Below, in pieces: positions 1 through 8,309 of a stretch of 64,000 bases of DNA. The notes beneath the pieces were generated by a model that saw only the letters and a program-made list of their open reading frames with translations, ran no database searches and was not told the origin of the DNA. Numbering within the stretch: the stretch's first letter is position 1; each line of letters begins with the position of its first letter. Position numbers and translations under genes: made by a program. This stretch comes from an uncultured Candidatus Binatia bacterium (GTDB lineage: Bacteria; Desulfobacterota; Binatia; UBA9968; JAJDTQ01). The stretch spans positions 2,784,001 to 2,848,000 of the forward strand of contig OZ219754.1 of assembly GCA_964291295.2 (NCBI GenBank). The letters are read 5' to 3'.

Positions 1-420
1 GATGCCCACGAGGTCCCGGCCCTTTCCCGCGTCGAGGATGGACTCCAGCACCTGCCCCTCGTCTTCGGCCAGGCGGTTGGGATGGCCGGACTCGCTGGAA
101 CGGTTTTCCGCCGCGTAGTTGAGGAAAGGATCTTCCGGGACGAGTTCCAGCCTTTCGCGCCCGGCCTCCACCGCCTTCCGTATGCGTTCCCGATCCAGCC
201 CGGCGGCGCCGGATACGGTTACGTCGACGGTGACCCGGCGCCGGCCGGCAATCAGATGGAGGGCGAGCTCCCGCTGCTCCACGGCGCCGGCCTGACGTAC
301 CCTGCTGCGGTTGAAGCGGACGAAGCTGGACTCCTCGCCGGTGAAGCCCAGCAACAGCACCTCCCGGCCCTTCAACAGCGATTCGGCGAAGTCCGCCAAC
401 TCGAAGAAGCAGCTCTGCAT
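1..420 (-). CDS. TldE/PmbA family metalloprotease subunit (runs off the window edge)
   Basis: Minus-strand frame from ATG at 420 reads MQSCFFELADFAESLLKGREVLLLGFTGEESSFVRFNRSRVRQAG, a typical PmbA/TldE N-terminus; starts 7 nt after the TldD stop. Confidence 0.8.
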   Translation of the reverse strand, partial: MQSCFFELADFAESLLKGREVLLLGFTGEESSFVRFNRSRVRQAGAVEQRELALHLIAGRRRVTVDVTVSGAAGLDRERIRKAVEAGRERLELVPEDPFLNYAAENRSSESGHPNRLAEDEGQVLESILDAGKGRDLVGI

Positions 421-427
421 TGCCCGC

Positions 428-1876
428 TCAGGACTCTCCGCCGAAGACCTGGACGCCGGCGAACACGCATGCGGGCGCGGTGTGCCCGACGCGGATCACC
501 TGGTTCGGCTCGCCCTTGCCGCAGAACGGCGTACCCAGCACCTCGCGGGTCGCGGGATTGCCGACGCGGCGCAGACTGCGCCAGAAGGTGGCGGAGACGC
601 CGCGGTAGTTGGGTTTCCGGACCACCTCCCGCAACGCGCCGTCTCGTATCAGGGTGCCGCGCTCACAGCCGAACTGGAACTTGTTGCGCGAGTCGTCGAT
701 GGACCAGGAGCAGTTGGTCTGCATGAAGACCCCGCGCTCGATGGAGCGGACCATCTCCTCGAAGGTGGCGTCTCCCGGCTCCAGATTGAGGTTGGCCATG
801 CGGTCGATGGGCGGCCGGTTCCAGCTTCGGGCGCGGGAACCGGCCACTCCCGCAAGGCCGCTGCGCTGCTGGGACAGGTGCCCGCCCAGGCCGCGCAGGA
901 GCACACCGTCCCTGATGATGTATTCCCGGTGCGCGGGCAGTCCCTCGTCATCGAAGCCGTAGCTGGCAAACTGTGCCGGGTTGGTGGGATCGAAGGTGAC
1001 ATTCAGGAGCTCCGATCCGTAGCGGTAGCTGCCGAACATGTCGGGGGTGACGAAGCTGGTGCCCGCGTAGTTGCGTTCGTCGCCGAGGATCCGGTCCAGT
1101 TCCAGCGGATGGCCGATGGACTCGTGGAGCTGGAGAATGAGCTGGTCCGGGGCCAACAGGAGATCCATGGTTCCGCCGGGACAGTTGGGCGCGGCCAGAA
1201 GTTCCAGGGCTTCCTCGGCCAGAACCGGAGCCGCGTCGTGGAAACCGGTCTGGTCCAGCACCTCCAGCCCTCCTTGGCGGCAGAAGCCGCGCCCGCCAAA
1301 GGTGCGGCTCACCGTTTCCGTACCGTCATTGGCGGTACAGGCCAGGTTCGGGACCACCTGCTCCAGGGTCTGGTGCACGCGGGCGCCGCCGGCGGTTACA
1401 TGGAGGGTCTCGGTTTCCGAGCGCCACAACGACGCGTCCCAGTCCACGATGCGGGGGTCGGCGTGCAGCCGCTCGCCTTCGACACGCAGGAGATCGATCT
1501 TGTCGCGCAGCGGCACGGAGTCCCACGGAACCGCCACCGGAGTACGGTAATCGCCCCGTCGTATCTCCCGGCACATTGCCAGGGAAAAGTCCGTCAGGCT
1601 GTGCGTCGCCGTCCGTGCCGCCCAGCCCCGCGCGCGCTCCAGCGCCCGCTGAAGCCCTTGCGGGCTCAGGTCGCAGGTGCCCGAGTAGCCGAGCCCGCCG
1701 CCGTCCGCCACCGTGATCATCACGCCGGCATCGTCCCCGGACACCACCGGCTCCACCACGCCGCGCCGCACGCCGAGCCTCTCGAAACGCTCGCCGACGT
1801 AACGGAGCGAGCAGAAGCCGGCACCGGGTGCGGCCTTGCGGAACCATGCTTCAAGCGCTTCTGGCAGACTCGACAC
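428..1876 (-). CDS. tldD: TldD family metalloprotease
   Basis: 482 aa; HESIGHPLELDR zinc motif, RARSWNRPPIDRMANL, CGKGEPNQ; GGAGGAGGA RBS upstream. Confidence 0.9.
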   Translation of the reverse strand: MSSLPEALEAWFRKAAPGAGFCSLRYVGERFERLGVRRGVVEPVVSGDDAGVMITVADGGGLGYSGTCDLSPQGLQRALERARGWAARTATHSLTDFSLAMCREIRRGDYRTPVAVPWDSVPLRDKIDLLRVEGERLHADPRIVDWDASLWRSETETLHVTAGGARVHQTLEQVVPNLACTANDGTETVSRTFGGRGFCRQGGLEVLDQTGFHDAAPVLAEEALELLAAPNCPGGTMDLLLAPDQLILQLHESIGHPLELDRILGDERNYAGTSFVTPDMFGSYRYGSELLNVTFDPTNPAQFASYGFDDEGLPAHREYIIRDGVLLRGLGGHLSQQRSGLAGVAGSRARSWNRPPIDRMANLNLEPGDATFEEMVRSIERGVFMQTNCSWSIDDSRNKFQFGCERGTLIRDGALREVVRKPNYRGVSATFWRSLRRVGNPATREVLGTPFCGKGEPNQVIRVGHTAPACVFAGVQVFGGES

Positions 1877-1971
1877 GATGTCCTCCTCCGATCAACCTAT
1901 ACCATGAAAACCGCTCCTGACGCGCGAAACGGAGTCCGGTCCGGCGGACGGCGACCCTTGGAGTGAATTGA

Positions 1972-2001
1972 TTGACCCGTGATGGCGATGACCCCTATAG
2001 T
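1972..2001 (+). promoter_or_regulatory. putative sigma70 promoter for the TerB-family gene
   Basis: TTGACC-N18-TATAGT. Confidence 0.45.
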
Positions 2002-2225
2002 GTCGGCAACCGACGAGGCCCTTGCCGGGGATGTCCGGCAACGAAGGGCCGGCAACGAAACCGTCCCGTCTTGACCCACCGAGGCTGATCCATGAACTGT
2101 TGCAGCACCCGCGCCGTTCGGCGCAGCCGCTCCGGCGCCGGCACTTGGGAGACCACCCGCCCGGCCGACAAGTGGAACAAATGGAGGGACTGTCCGGTGC
2201 GGCTCCTCAAGGGTGCGGCCCGGTA

Positions 2226-2690
2226 ATGCTGCGGGCCATCCAGCGGTTCTTCGACAGCCGCATCGACCCCGGCCACGGCGACGTCCGGCAATCGGACCGC
2301 CACCGGTTGCAGGTGGCCACCGGCGCGTTGCTGATCGAGATGATGCGCACGGACGCGGAGGCCACCGAAGGCGAACGCGCGGTGGTGCTGGCGGCGTTGC
2401 GGAGCAAGTTCGACCTCACCGACGAAGAAACCCGTGAGTTGGTGAAACTGGCCGAGGTCGAAGCCCGCGACGCCATCGATCACTACCAGTTCACATCTCT
2501 CATCAAGACGGCCTTCTCCCGGGAGCAGAAGTGCAAGGTGGTGGAATACCTTTGGGCCGTGGCCTACGCGGACAAGAACGTCGACAAGCACGAAGAATAC
2601 CTGGTGCGAAAGATCGCCGGCCTCATCGGCGTTTCACACAAGGAATTCATCGAGGCAAAGCTGCGGGTCCGGGACGCGCGCACCGCCTGA
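2226..2690 (+). CDS. TerB family (tellurite resistance-like) protein
   Basis: LQVATGALLIEMMRTD...IDHYQFTSLI...LWAVAYADKNVDKHEEYLVRKIAGLIGV; start taken at ATG 2226. Confidence 0.8.
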   Translation: MLRAIQRFFDSRIDPGHGDVRQSDRHRLQVATGALLIEMMRTDAEATEGERAVVLAALRSKFDLTDEETRELVKLAEVEARDAIDHYQFTSLIKTAFSREQKCKVVEYLWAVAYADKNVDKHEEYLVRKIAGLIGVSHKEFIEAKLRVRDARTA

Positions 2691-2751
2691 GTCCGGCAGG
2701 GTCGGTCCCGCACCATCCGCCGGCGGAGACCACCTTCCGGACCAACACGCC

Positions 2752-3093
2752 TCAAGGCAGCCTGCCCAGCCTCAACGGCAGCGGCGTGCCCAGCCACAGC
2801 GAGCGGTCCTGGTGGTCGCCCCGGTGCTCTCCGGTATCGGGATGGACCAGGATGTCCAGGTCTTCCCGGTTGAGCATCAGCCACGGCACCACCCGGGCGA
2901 ACTCGTCGGGCGCGAAGGCGACCTGATACATGGCCTTGGCGTGAGGGCCCACCGGCACATCGTGCCAGCGCCCCAGCACGACGTCGAAGCGGGAACCCAG
3001 GCCTTGGCGCACCCGGTCCGCGACCTCACGGGTGGCGGGGTCGTAGTAGACGTGAGCGTGATAGCCGGCAATCTTCGATGGCTGTTTCGACAT
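2752..3093 (-). CDS. DOPA 4,5-dioxygenase family protein
   Basis: YHAHVYYD, GRWHDVPVGPH, WLMLNR, ILVHPDTG...DH...WLG motifs. Confidence 0.88.
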   Translation of the reverse strand: MSKQPSKIAGYHAHVYYDPATREVADRVRQGLGSRFDVVLGRWHDVPVGPHAKAMYQVAFAPDEFARVVPWLMLNREDLDILVHPDTGEHRGDHQDRSLWLGTPLPLRLGRLP

Positions 3094-3199
3094 GGTATGG
3101 TCTCGGTCGGTTCCCCTGGGGCGGGTCAAGGCCCATGACACTATGCCCATGACAAGGGCTCCCCTTGGCAGAGGAAACCCTCATGACAAAGCCCCATGA

Positions 3200-3615
3200 C
3201 AAAGCGGGCTCTCCTCCGTTTGGAGAGCCCGCTCCCGGCGTGCATCAACGCCGGTACGAACTGTCTGTTTTTTTCCGTGGCTCCGCGGTGTCGGCTCATC
3301 CGGGATCGGTCTTCCGGGAGGGGAGCCCCCTCCTCCGCTGCTTTCCTGTCCCCTGAAGTCGCGGCGTGCCTGGCGGCTTGCCGCTGTGTTGTCCAACACT
3401 CGAGTCGGGACGGTCAGCCGATGGACCGCGTACGGCGAAACCCCGGGAACCAGCCTGCCCGCCTTTCACGGGCGTTCATTGTCGGGCGGAGTGGTTTTTG
3501 TCATCGGACACCTCCCGGAGTCAGGATGACCGAGGCGATGACCCCGAATCGCTCACATCGAATCGCCGATCCAGTGCGCTCGACCCACGCCTCGTGCCCG
3601 TTCGCGAACAAGGCC
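3200..3615 (-). ncRNA. candidate structured ncRNA or long leader RNA, family not recognised
   Basis: Bounded by a near-consensus promoter and a terminator hairpin; no long credible ORF; long interrupted helix (3275-3302 with 3411-3435) enclosing several hairpins. Confidence 0.45.
3201..3233 (-). terminator. intrinsic terminator-like hairpin
   Basis: 12-bp perfect stem AGCGGGCTCTCC (3203-3214) / GGAGAGCCCGCT (3222-3233) with a 7-nt loop; short U tail (TTTGT) on the minus strand. Confidence 0.6.
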
Positions 3616-3620
3616 ATTCA

Positions 3621-3658
3621 AGTCTAGTGCCGCTCCGCACCGGTTGTCAAGAAAAAAA
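3621..3658 (-). promoter_or_regulatory. strong sigma70-type promoter
   Basis: TTGACA (3650-3645)-N18-TAGACT (3626-3621), with a T7 tract just upstream (UP-element-like). Confidence 0.65.
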
Positions 3659-3690
3659 TGCCGCGCGGGAGATATCGGCGGAAGACAGCG

Positions 3691-3719
3691 TTGAACGGCA
3701 ACGACAGGCCTGCTATGGG
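3691..3719 (+). promoter_or_regulatory. putative promoter for the GMC oxidoreductase (divergent from the previous one)
   Basis: TTGAAC-N17-TATGGG with TG extended -10. Confidence 0.35.
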
Positions 3720-3751
3720 TACGCAGCAATTGTCGAACCACACGAGAGGAG

Positions 3752-5272
3752 ATGATGGCAAACGACCCGGATGTGATCGTGGTGGGAGGCGGCTCGGCGG
3801 GTTGTGTAGCCGCGGCGCGCCTGTCCGAGGACCCGAAGCGGAGGGTTCTGCTGCTGGAGGCCGGACCCGACCCGCAGCCAATCCCCGAGCTGGTGGCCGT
3901 GGCCGCCGAACGCGTACGCCTGCTGCTCGAAACGCCCTACCTCAACATGTACCCCACCGAGCGCAAGCTGGATGGAAGCATCTTCTATTCCCTCGCCGGA
4001 AAGATCATGGGCGGCGGTTCCTCGGTAAACGTGATGTCGGTCATCCGTCCCATCAAGGCCGACATGGATGCGTGGGTGGCGGCCGGCAACCCCGGGTGGT
4101 CGTGGGAGCGCGTGGTGCCGTACCTCAAACGCATCGAAAACGATCGGGACCATCCCGGCAGCCCCGACCACGGTCACGGCGGGCCGCTCTATTTCGAACG
4201 GCACTACCGCTTCGGCCAGGAAGTCCCCAAGCCGGTACAGACCTTCATGGACGCGGCCCGCAGTCTGGGGCTGCCGGAAAGCGATGTGAACGATCCGAAT
4301 CCGTTCGGGGTCTGCACGTCACCGTTCAACATCAGGGACGGCATGCGCCAGTCGACCACGACAGCCTATCTGGACGCGGCCCGGGGCCGGCCCAATCTCA
4401 CGGTCATCGCCGAAGCCCCGGTCGTGTCGCTCTCCTTGTCGGGCAACCACGTCACGGGCGTGCACTACGAGAAAGACCGCCAGCGGAAAACCGCGGTCGG
4501 AGCCGAGGTGCTGCTGACCGCCGGCGCATTCCACAGCCCCCACATCCTCATGCTCTCGGGCATCGGTCCGGCGGCAGAGTTGCAACGGCACGGCATCGAA
4601 GTGCGTTACCACCGGCCCGGCGTGGGCGAGAATTATCAGGACCACGCCATGCTGCACATGGGCTTCGAGGGGCGCGGCACCTTCGACGTGGACTGGGTGG
4701 TGCCGCCCTTCCGTCTCATCACCAAGAGCGATCCGTCACGGGAGACCGGGGACTTCCATATCTTCATGCGCCCTCCCACGGTGCTGGAGGGCGTGGGCCG
4801 CACATTGAACATCTCGGCCGCACTGCTGGAGCAGCGCAACCGCGGCCGGGTGTTCCTCAGAAGCGCCGACCCGCACGAACTGCCGGGGGTGGACGCCCGG
4901 ATGCTGGAAGACCCGGGCGACATCACCGCCATGGTGGCCGCCATGGAGTTTCTGGAGTTGCTGACCCGGACCGGAGACATGCCCGAGTTCTACGGGCCGC
5001 CGATCCAGCCCCGGCGCGGCCAGGACTGGAGCCGGTTCGCGCGCACGGCCTTCGACAGCTATCACCACGCCGCCGGCACCTGTCTCATGGGACCGGCGTC
5101 CAACGCCATGAGCGTGGTGGACGAGGAACTGCGGGTTCACGGCATCGACAACCTGCGGGTGGCCGACGCCTCCATCATGCCTGCCGTCACGCACGCCAAC
5201 ACCAATGTGACCTGCATGATGATCGGCGAGCGGGCCGCGGACTTCATCAAGGGTGGTTCGGGAGGCTGCTGA
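3752..5272 (+). CDS. GMC family oxidoreductase (choline dehydrogenase-like)
   Basis: VVGGGSAG FAD motif, GKIMGGGSSVN, YHHAAGTCLMG, LRVADASIMP...ANTN; GAGAGGAG RBS. Confidence 0.92.
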   Translation: MMANDPDVIVVGGGSAGCVAAARLSEDPKRRVLLLEAGPDPQPIPELVAVAAERVRLLLETPYLNMYPTERKLDGSIFYSLAGKIMGGGSSVNVMSVIRPIKADMDAWVAAGNPGWSWERVVPYLKRIENDRDHPGSPDHGHGGPLYFERHYRFGQEVPKPVQTFMDAARSLGLPESDVNDPNPFGVCTSPFNIRDGMRQSTTTAYLDAARGRPNLTVIAEAPVVSLSLSGNHVTGVHYEKDRQRKTAVGAEVLLTAGAFHSPHILMLSGIGPAAELQRHGIEVRYHRPGVGENYQDHAMLHMGFEGRGTFDVDWVVPPFRLITKSDPSRETGDFHIFMRPPTVLEGVGRTLNISAALLEQRNRGRVFLRSADPHELPGVDARMLEDPGDITAMVAAMEFLELLTRTGDMPEFYGPPIQPRRGQDWSRFARTAFDSYHHAAGTCLMGPASNAMSVVDEELRVHGIDNLRVADASIMPAVTHANTNVTCMMIGERAADFIKGGSGGC

Positions 5273-5315
5273 GGCGCGCGGCCGTCGGAGTCAGAAGCGC
5301 CGCATCAGTGCCGCT

Positions 5316-5573
5316 TCAGCGCTTGAGCAGCGCGTCGAGCCGGCCGTCGGCATCCATGGCCCGCAGTTCGTCGTAGCCGCCGACGAGACTGCCGTTGATG
5401 AAGATCTCCGGAACGGTCCATCTGCCTTCGGAGCGCTCCCGCATCTCTTCCTGTCTGCCGGGATCCCGTTCGACGTCGAACTCCATGAACTCCTGCCCCT
5501 TTTGCGCCAGCAGACGCTTGGCCATGCGACAGTACGGACACCAGGACTTGCTGTAGATCTCGATGGTGGCCAT
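5316..5573 (-). CDS. grxC: glutaredoxin 3
   Basis: CPYC active site, TVPEIFI, GGYDEL. Confidence 0.92.
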   Translation of the reverse strand: MATIEIYSKSWCPYCRMAKRLLAQKGQEFMEFDVERDPGRQEEMRERSEGRWTVPEIFINGSLVGGYDELRAMDADGRLDALLKR

Positions 5574-5604
5574 GGATGATGGATCGACCCGCCCGGGCCG
5601 TTGC

Positions 5605-6027
5605 TCACGAGCCTCCCGGGGAGCCGGCCAGCTCGAACACCGGCAGCTTGATGTCGGGGTCTTCAGTCTCCATGAACGTGACGGTCACGGGTGCGCCGGA
5701 AGTCACCTGGTCACGGTTCGCACCCACGATGCGCGTCACCATGCGAACGCCCTCATCCAGTTCCACCTCCGCGACATGAATGGGCACCTCGTCCATGAAC
5801 GCACGGTTTCGGGGCACGCGGCAGAGCGAAAACGTGTGCACCCGGCCCTTGCCGCTCACCGGCGCCCACTCCAGGTCATGGCCGAGACAGGCCGTGCAGA
5901 CGGCGCGGGGAAAGAACTGGAGCACGCCGCAGGAGCGGCATTTCTGAAGCCGCAATTCACCTTTGGCGGCCGCTTCCCAGAATCCGCGGTCGATGGCGTT
6001 GACAACGGGTAGACTCTTGCCGGCCAT
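5605..6027 (-). CDS. Zn-ribbon/OB-fold (DUF35) protein
   Basis: FWEAA...LQKCRSCG...PRAVCTAC...SGKGRVHTF...VELDEG; TAATG overlap with the thiolase stop. Confidence 0.9.
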   Translation of the reverse strand: MAGKSLPVVNAIDRGFWEAAAKGELRLQKCRSCGVLQFFPRAVCTACLGHDLEWAPVSGKGRVHTFSLCRVPRNRAFMDEVPIHVAEVELDEGVRMVTRIVGANRDQVTSGAPVTVTFMETEDPDIKLPVFELAGSPGGS

Positions 6028-7178
6028 TACCATCTCCTTTCCAGGATCAGCGCCGCCGTGGTGTTGAGATTGCGCGCGTAGGACAGCCAGCCGATGCCGG
6101 TCACCAAGGCGGTTTCGCAGGACTGGACCTGCCGTTCTCCGGCCTCGCCGCGCAACTGCCGCAGGGCTTCCACGACGTGCAGCATGCCCCCGGCCAGGCC
6201 CGCCTGCCCCACGGAGAGCTCGCCGCCGCCGGTGTTCACCGGGAAATCGCCCCCGAAGGTCAGGTCGTGGTCGTCCACGAACTGCCCGCCGTCGCCCTTG
6301 GCACAGTAGCCCAGGTCCTCGATCTGCATCATGACCGCGATGGGATAATCGTCGTAGATGGCCAGGAGATCGACGTTGTCGCGGCTCATCTCCGAGAACA
6401 GGCGCTCCCCCACCACGCTCATGCCCGTGACGGTCTTGTCCGGCAGCATGTTGGCGGCCTGGAAGCCGATTTTCTCGGCGTCGGTCACGAGATACACCGG
6501 CTTGTCGGTGATCTGCCTTGCGCGTTCTTCGGAAGCCACCACCACACATTCGCCGCCGGAACAGGGCATGACACAGTCGAAGAGCCGGATGGGATCGGAG
6601 ATCAGCCGTGAGCCGACGTAGTCCTCGATGCTCATGGGCGTCCGCAGCAGCGCCTGGGGATTGGGGCCGGCATTGTGCCGCTGGCTCACGGCGATCTTGC
6701 CGATCTGCTCCAGGGTGGTGCCGTACGCCTCCATGTGCCGGCGCTGCACCAGCGCGAACAGCGTGTTGGGACCGCCGTAGCCGTAGACGTCCACATAGTT
6801 GGCCCGCTGGTACTCCAGCACCCGCTGGTGCGACACGTTCCTGTCAAAAGCGTTGCCGGCCACGATGAACGCCACGTCCAGATAACCCGCCTCGATGGCG
6901 TCCGCCGCGCGCCGTATGGCACACACCGCGCCGGCCCCGCCGCAGTCGCCGTTCAGTACCCAGTCCAGTTCCAGACCCAACTGCTCAGCCACGTAGGGCG
7001 AGTAGTCCGGGCTTGCCTGGGTCACCATGGAGAACCCGTGGATCTCCTTCTTGGTAATGCCGGTCTGGACCATGGCATTGTGCATCGCCTCGGCGTAGTA
7101 GGACAGCAGCGGGCGGTCGGACTTGCGCGAGTACTCCGTCGAGCCGTAACCGACCAGGCAAACCTTCTTTCTCAGCAT
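6027..7178 (-). CDS. thiolase superfamily protein (SCP-x/Ltp2-like)
   Basis: ISDPIRLFDC, AIYDDYP, PVNTGGGELSVGQ, EALRQLRGEAGERQV. Confidence 0.88.
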   Translation of the reverse strand: MLRKKVCLVGYGSTEYSRKSDRPLLSYYAEAMHNAMVQTGITKKEIHGFSMVTQASPDYSPYVAEQLGLELDWVLNGDCGGAGAVCAIRRAADAIEAGYLDVAFIVAGNAFDRNVSHQRVLEYQRANYVDVYGYGGPNTLFALVQRRHMEAYGTTLEQIGKIAVSQRHNAGPNPQALLRTPMSIEDYVGSRLISDPIRLFDCVMPCSGGECVVVASEERARQITDKPVYLVTDAEKIGFQAANMLPDKTVTGMSVVGERLFSEMSRDNVDLLAIYDDYPIAVMMQIEDLGYCAKGDGGQFVDDHDLTFGGDFPVNTGGGELSVGQAGLAGGMLHVVEALRQLRGEAGERQVQSCETALVTGIGWLSYARNLNTTAALILERRW

Positions 7179-7254
7179 GGCGACTTTCCCTCCGCGCACA
7201 GGGCTTCGAGACGAACGGGCCTTCGAAACGAATCTCCAAGGCGAATCCCGAAGG

Positions 7255-8001
7255 TCAGATCATGAAGTCCCCGCCGTTGACGAGGATGGTCTGCCCGGTA
7301 ACATAACAGGCCGAATCGCCGGCAAGAAAGCCGACAACGTTGGCAATGTCCCGGGGCTCGGCGATACGGCCCAGGGGCACCTGGGCGCCTCTCTCGCGCA
7401 GCGATTCCTCGGAGCGGTGCTGGCGCGGCATGGCGGTATCGGCGGTGCCCGGGGCGACGGAGTTCACGGTAATGCCATGGGGCGCCAATTCCCGCGCCAG
7501 CCCGCGGACAAGACCCAGCACCGCGGCCTTGGAGGCGGCGTAGTGCGCGTGTCCGGCGGCTCCCTTGAAGGCGATGGACGACGCGGTGCAGATGATGCGT
7601 CCGTTTCCCTGCCGCTTCATAGCCGGCACGAAGGCCCGGGCGCACAGGAACTGACCGCCGACGTTGACGTCGAGCACGCGGTCCCACTGCTCCTCCGACA
7701 TGTCCACCACCGTGGAGCGGGGATAGATGCCGGCGTTGGCGACCAGGATGTCCACCCGCCCCCAGCGGTCCAGCGTACGGTCCCGCAACGCGTCCACGGA
7801 AGCCTCGTCGGCCACGTCCACCTGGACCGCCAGCGCTTCTCCCCCCGCCCGCGCCGCCTCGGCGGCGACGCTCCCGGCCGTGGCCGGGTCCATGTCCGCC
7901 GCCACCACCTTCGCTCCGGCGCCCGCCAAGGCAAGGACGATGGCCCGGCCAAGCCCCTGCCCGCCTCCGGTCACCACCGCCACCTTTCGCTCGAGTTTCA
8001 T
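7255..8001 (-). CDS. SDR family oxidoreductase (FabG-like)
   Basis: TGGGQGLG, ANAG, YAASK, YVTGQTILVNGG. Confidence 0.92.
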   Translation of the reverse strand: MKLERKVAVVTGGGQGLGRAIVLALAGAGAKVVAADMDPATAGSVAAEAARAGGEALAVQVDVADEASVDALRDRTLDRWGRVDILVANAGIYPRSTVVDMSEEQWDRVLDVNVGGQFLCARAFVPAMKRQGNGRIICTASSIAFKGAAGHAHYAASKAAVLGLVRGLARELAPHGITVNSVAPGTADTAMPRQHRSEESLRERGAQVPLGRIAEPRDIANVVGFLAGDSACYVTGQTILVNGGDFMI

Positions 8002-8309
8002 GGTTCGGTTCCCCTCTCCGCTTCGTGGTGAGTAGCCCGCTTCCGGATGGCTGTCAAACAACGCGGGCCGCGGTCCCGGGCGGCCGCGGAGCCCCTTGGC
8101 ATCCCTGCGGCGATGGCCTATACCGGCGACGGACTTGGCTTCCCCGCCGCCAAGGGGCCAACGGCTCCGGCAATGCCGGACGATGCCACTGCAGTGCCCC
8201 ATTGGCCGGGTCGCCACGCCGGATCGCCGCGGTGGGCCGCTGGCGGACTACGCCGGACCCTCCGGAGAGCGCGCGGCCGGCCGCGAATCCATCGGTCGAG
8301 GTTGACACC

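Noticed and set aside
3131-3205. PHO box call for the TGTCAT repeats
   Set aside because: Periods are 13 and 14 bp rather than 11 bp; kept only as an unassigned repeat.
3335-3362. SRP RNA-like TCAGG...AGCAGC on the minus strand
   Set aside because: The intervening bases (GGACAGGAA) cannot form the helix-8 stem with GNRA loop, so this is not a canonical ffs.
3181-3399. 72-aa minus-strand ORF and overlapping + strand ORFs in the 3.1-3.75 kb gap
   Set aside because: No RBS, low-complexity composition, and the ORF runs through the terminator hairpin.
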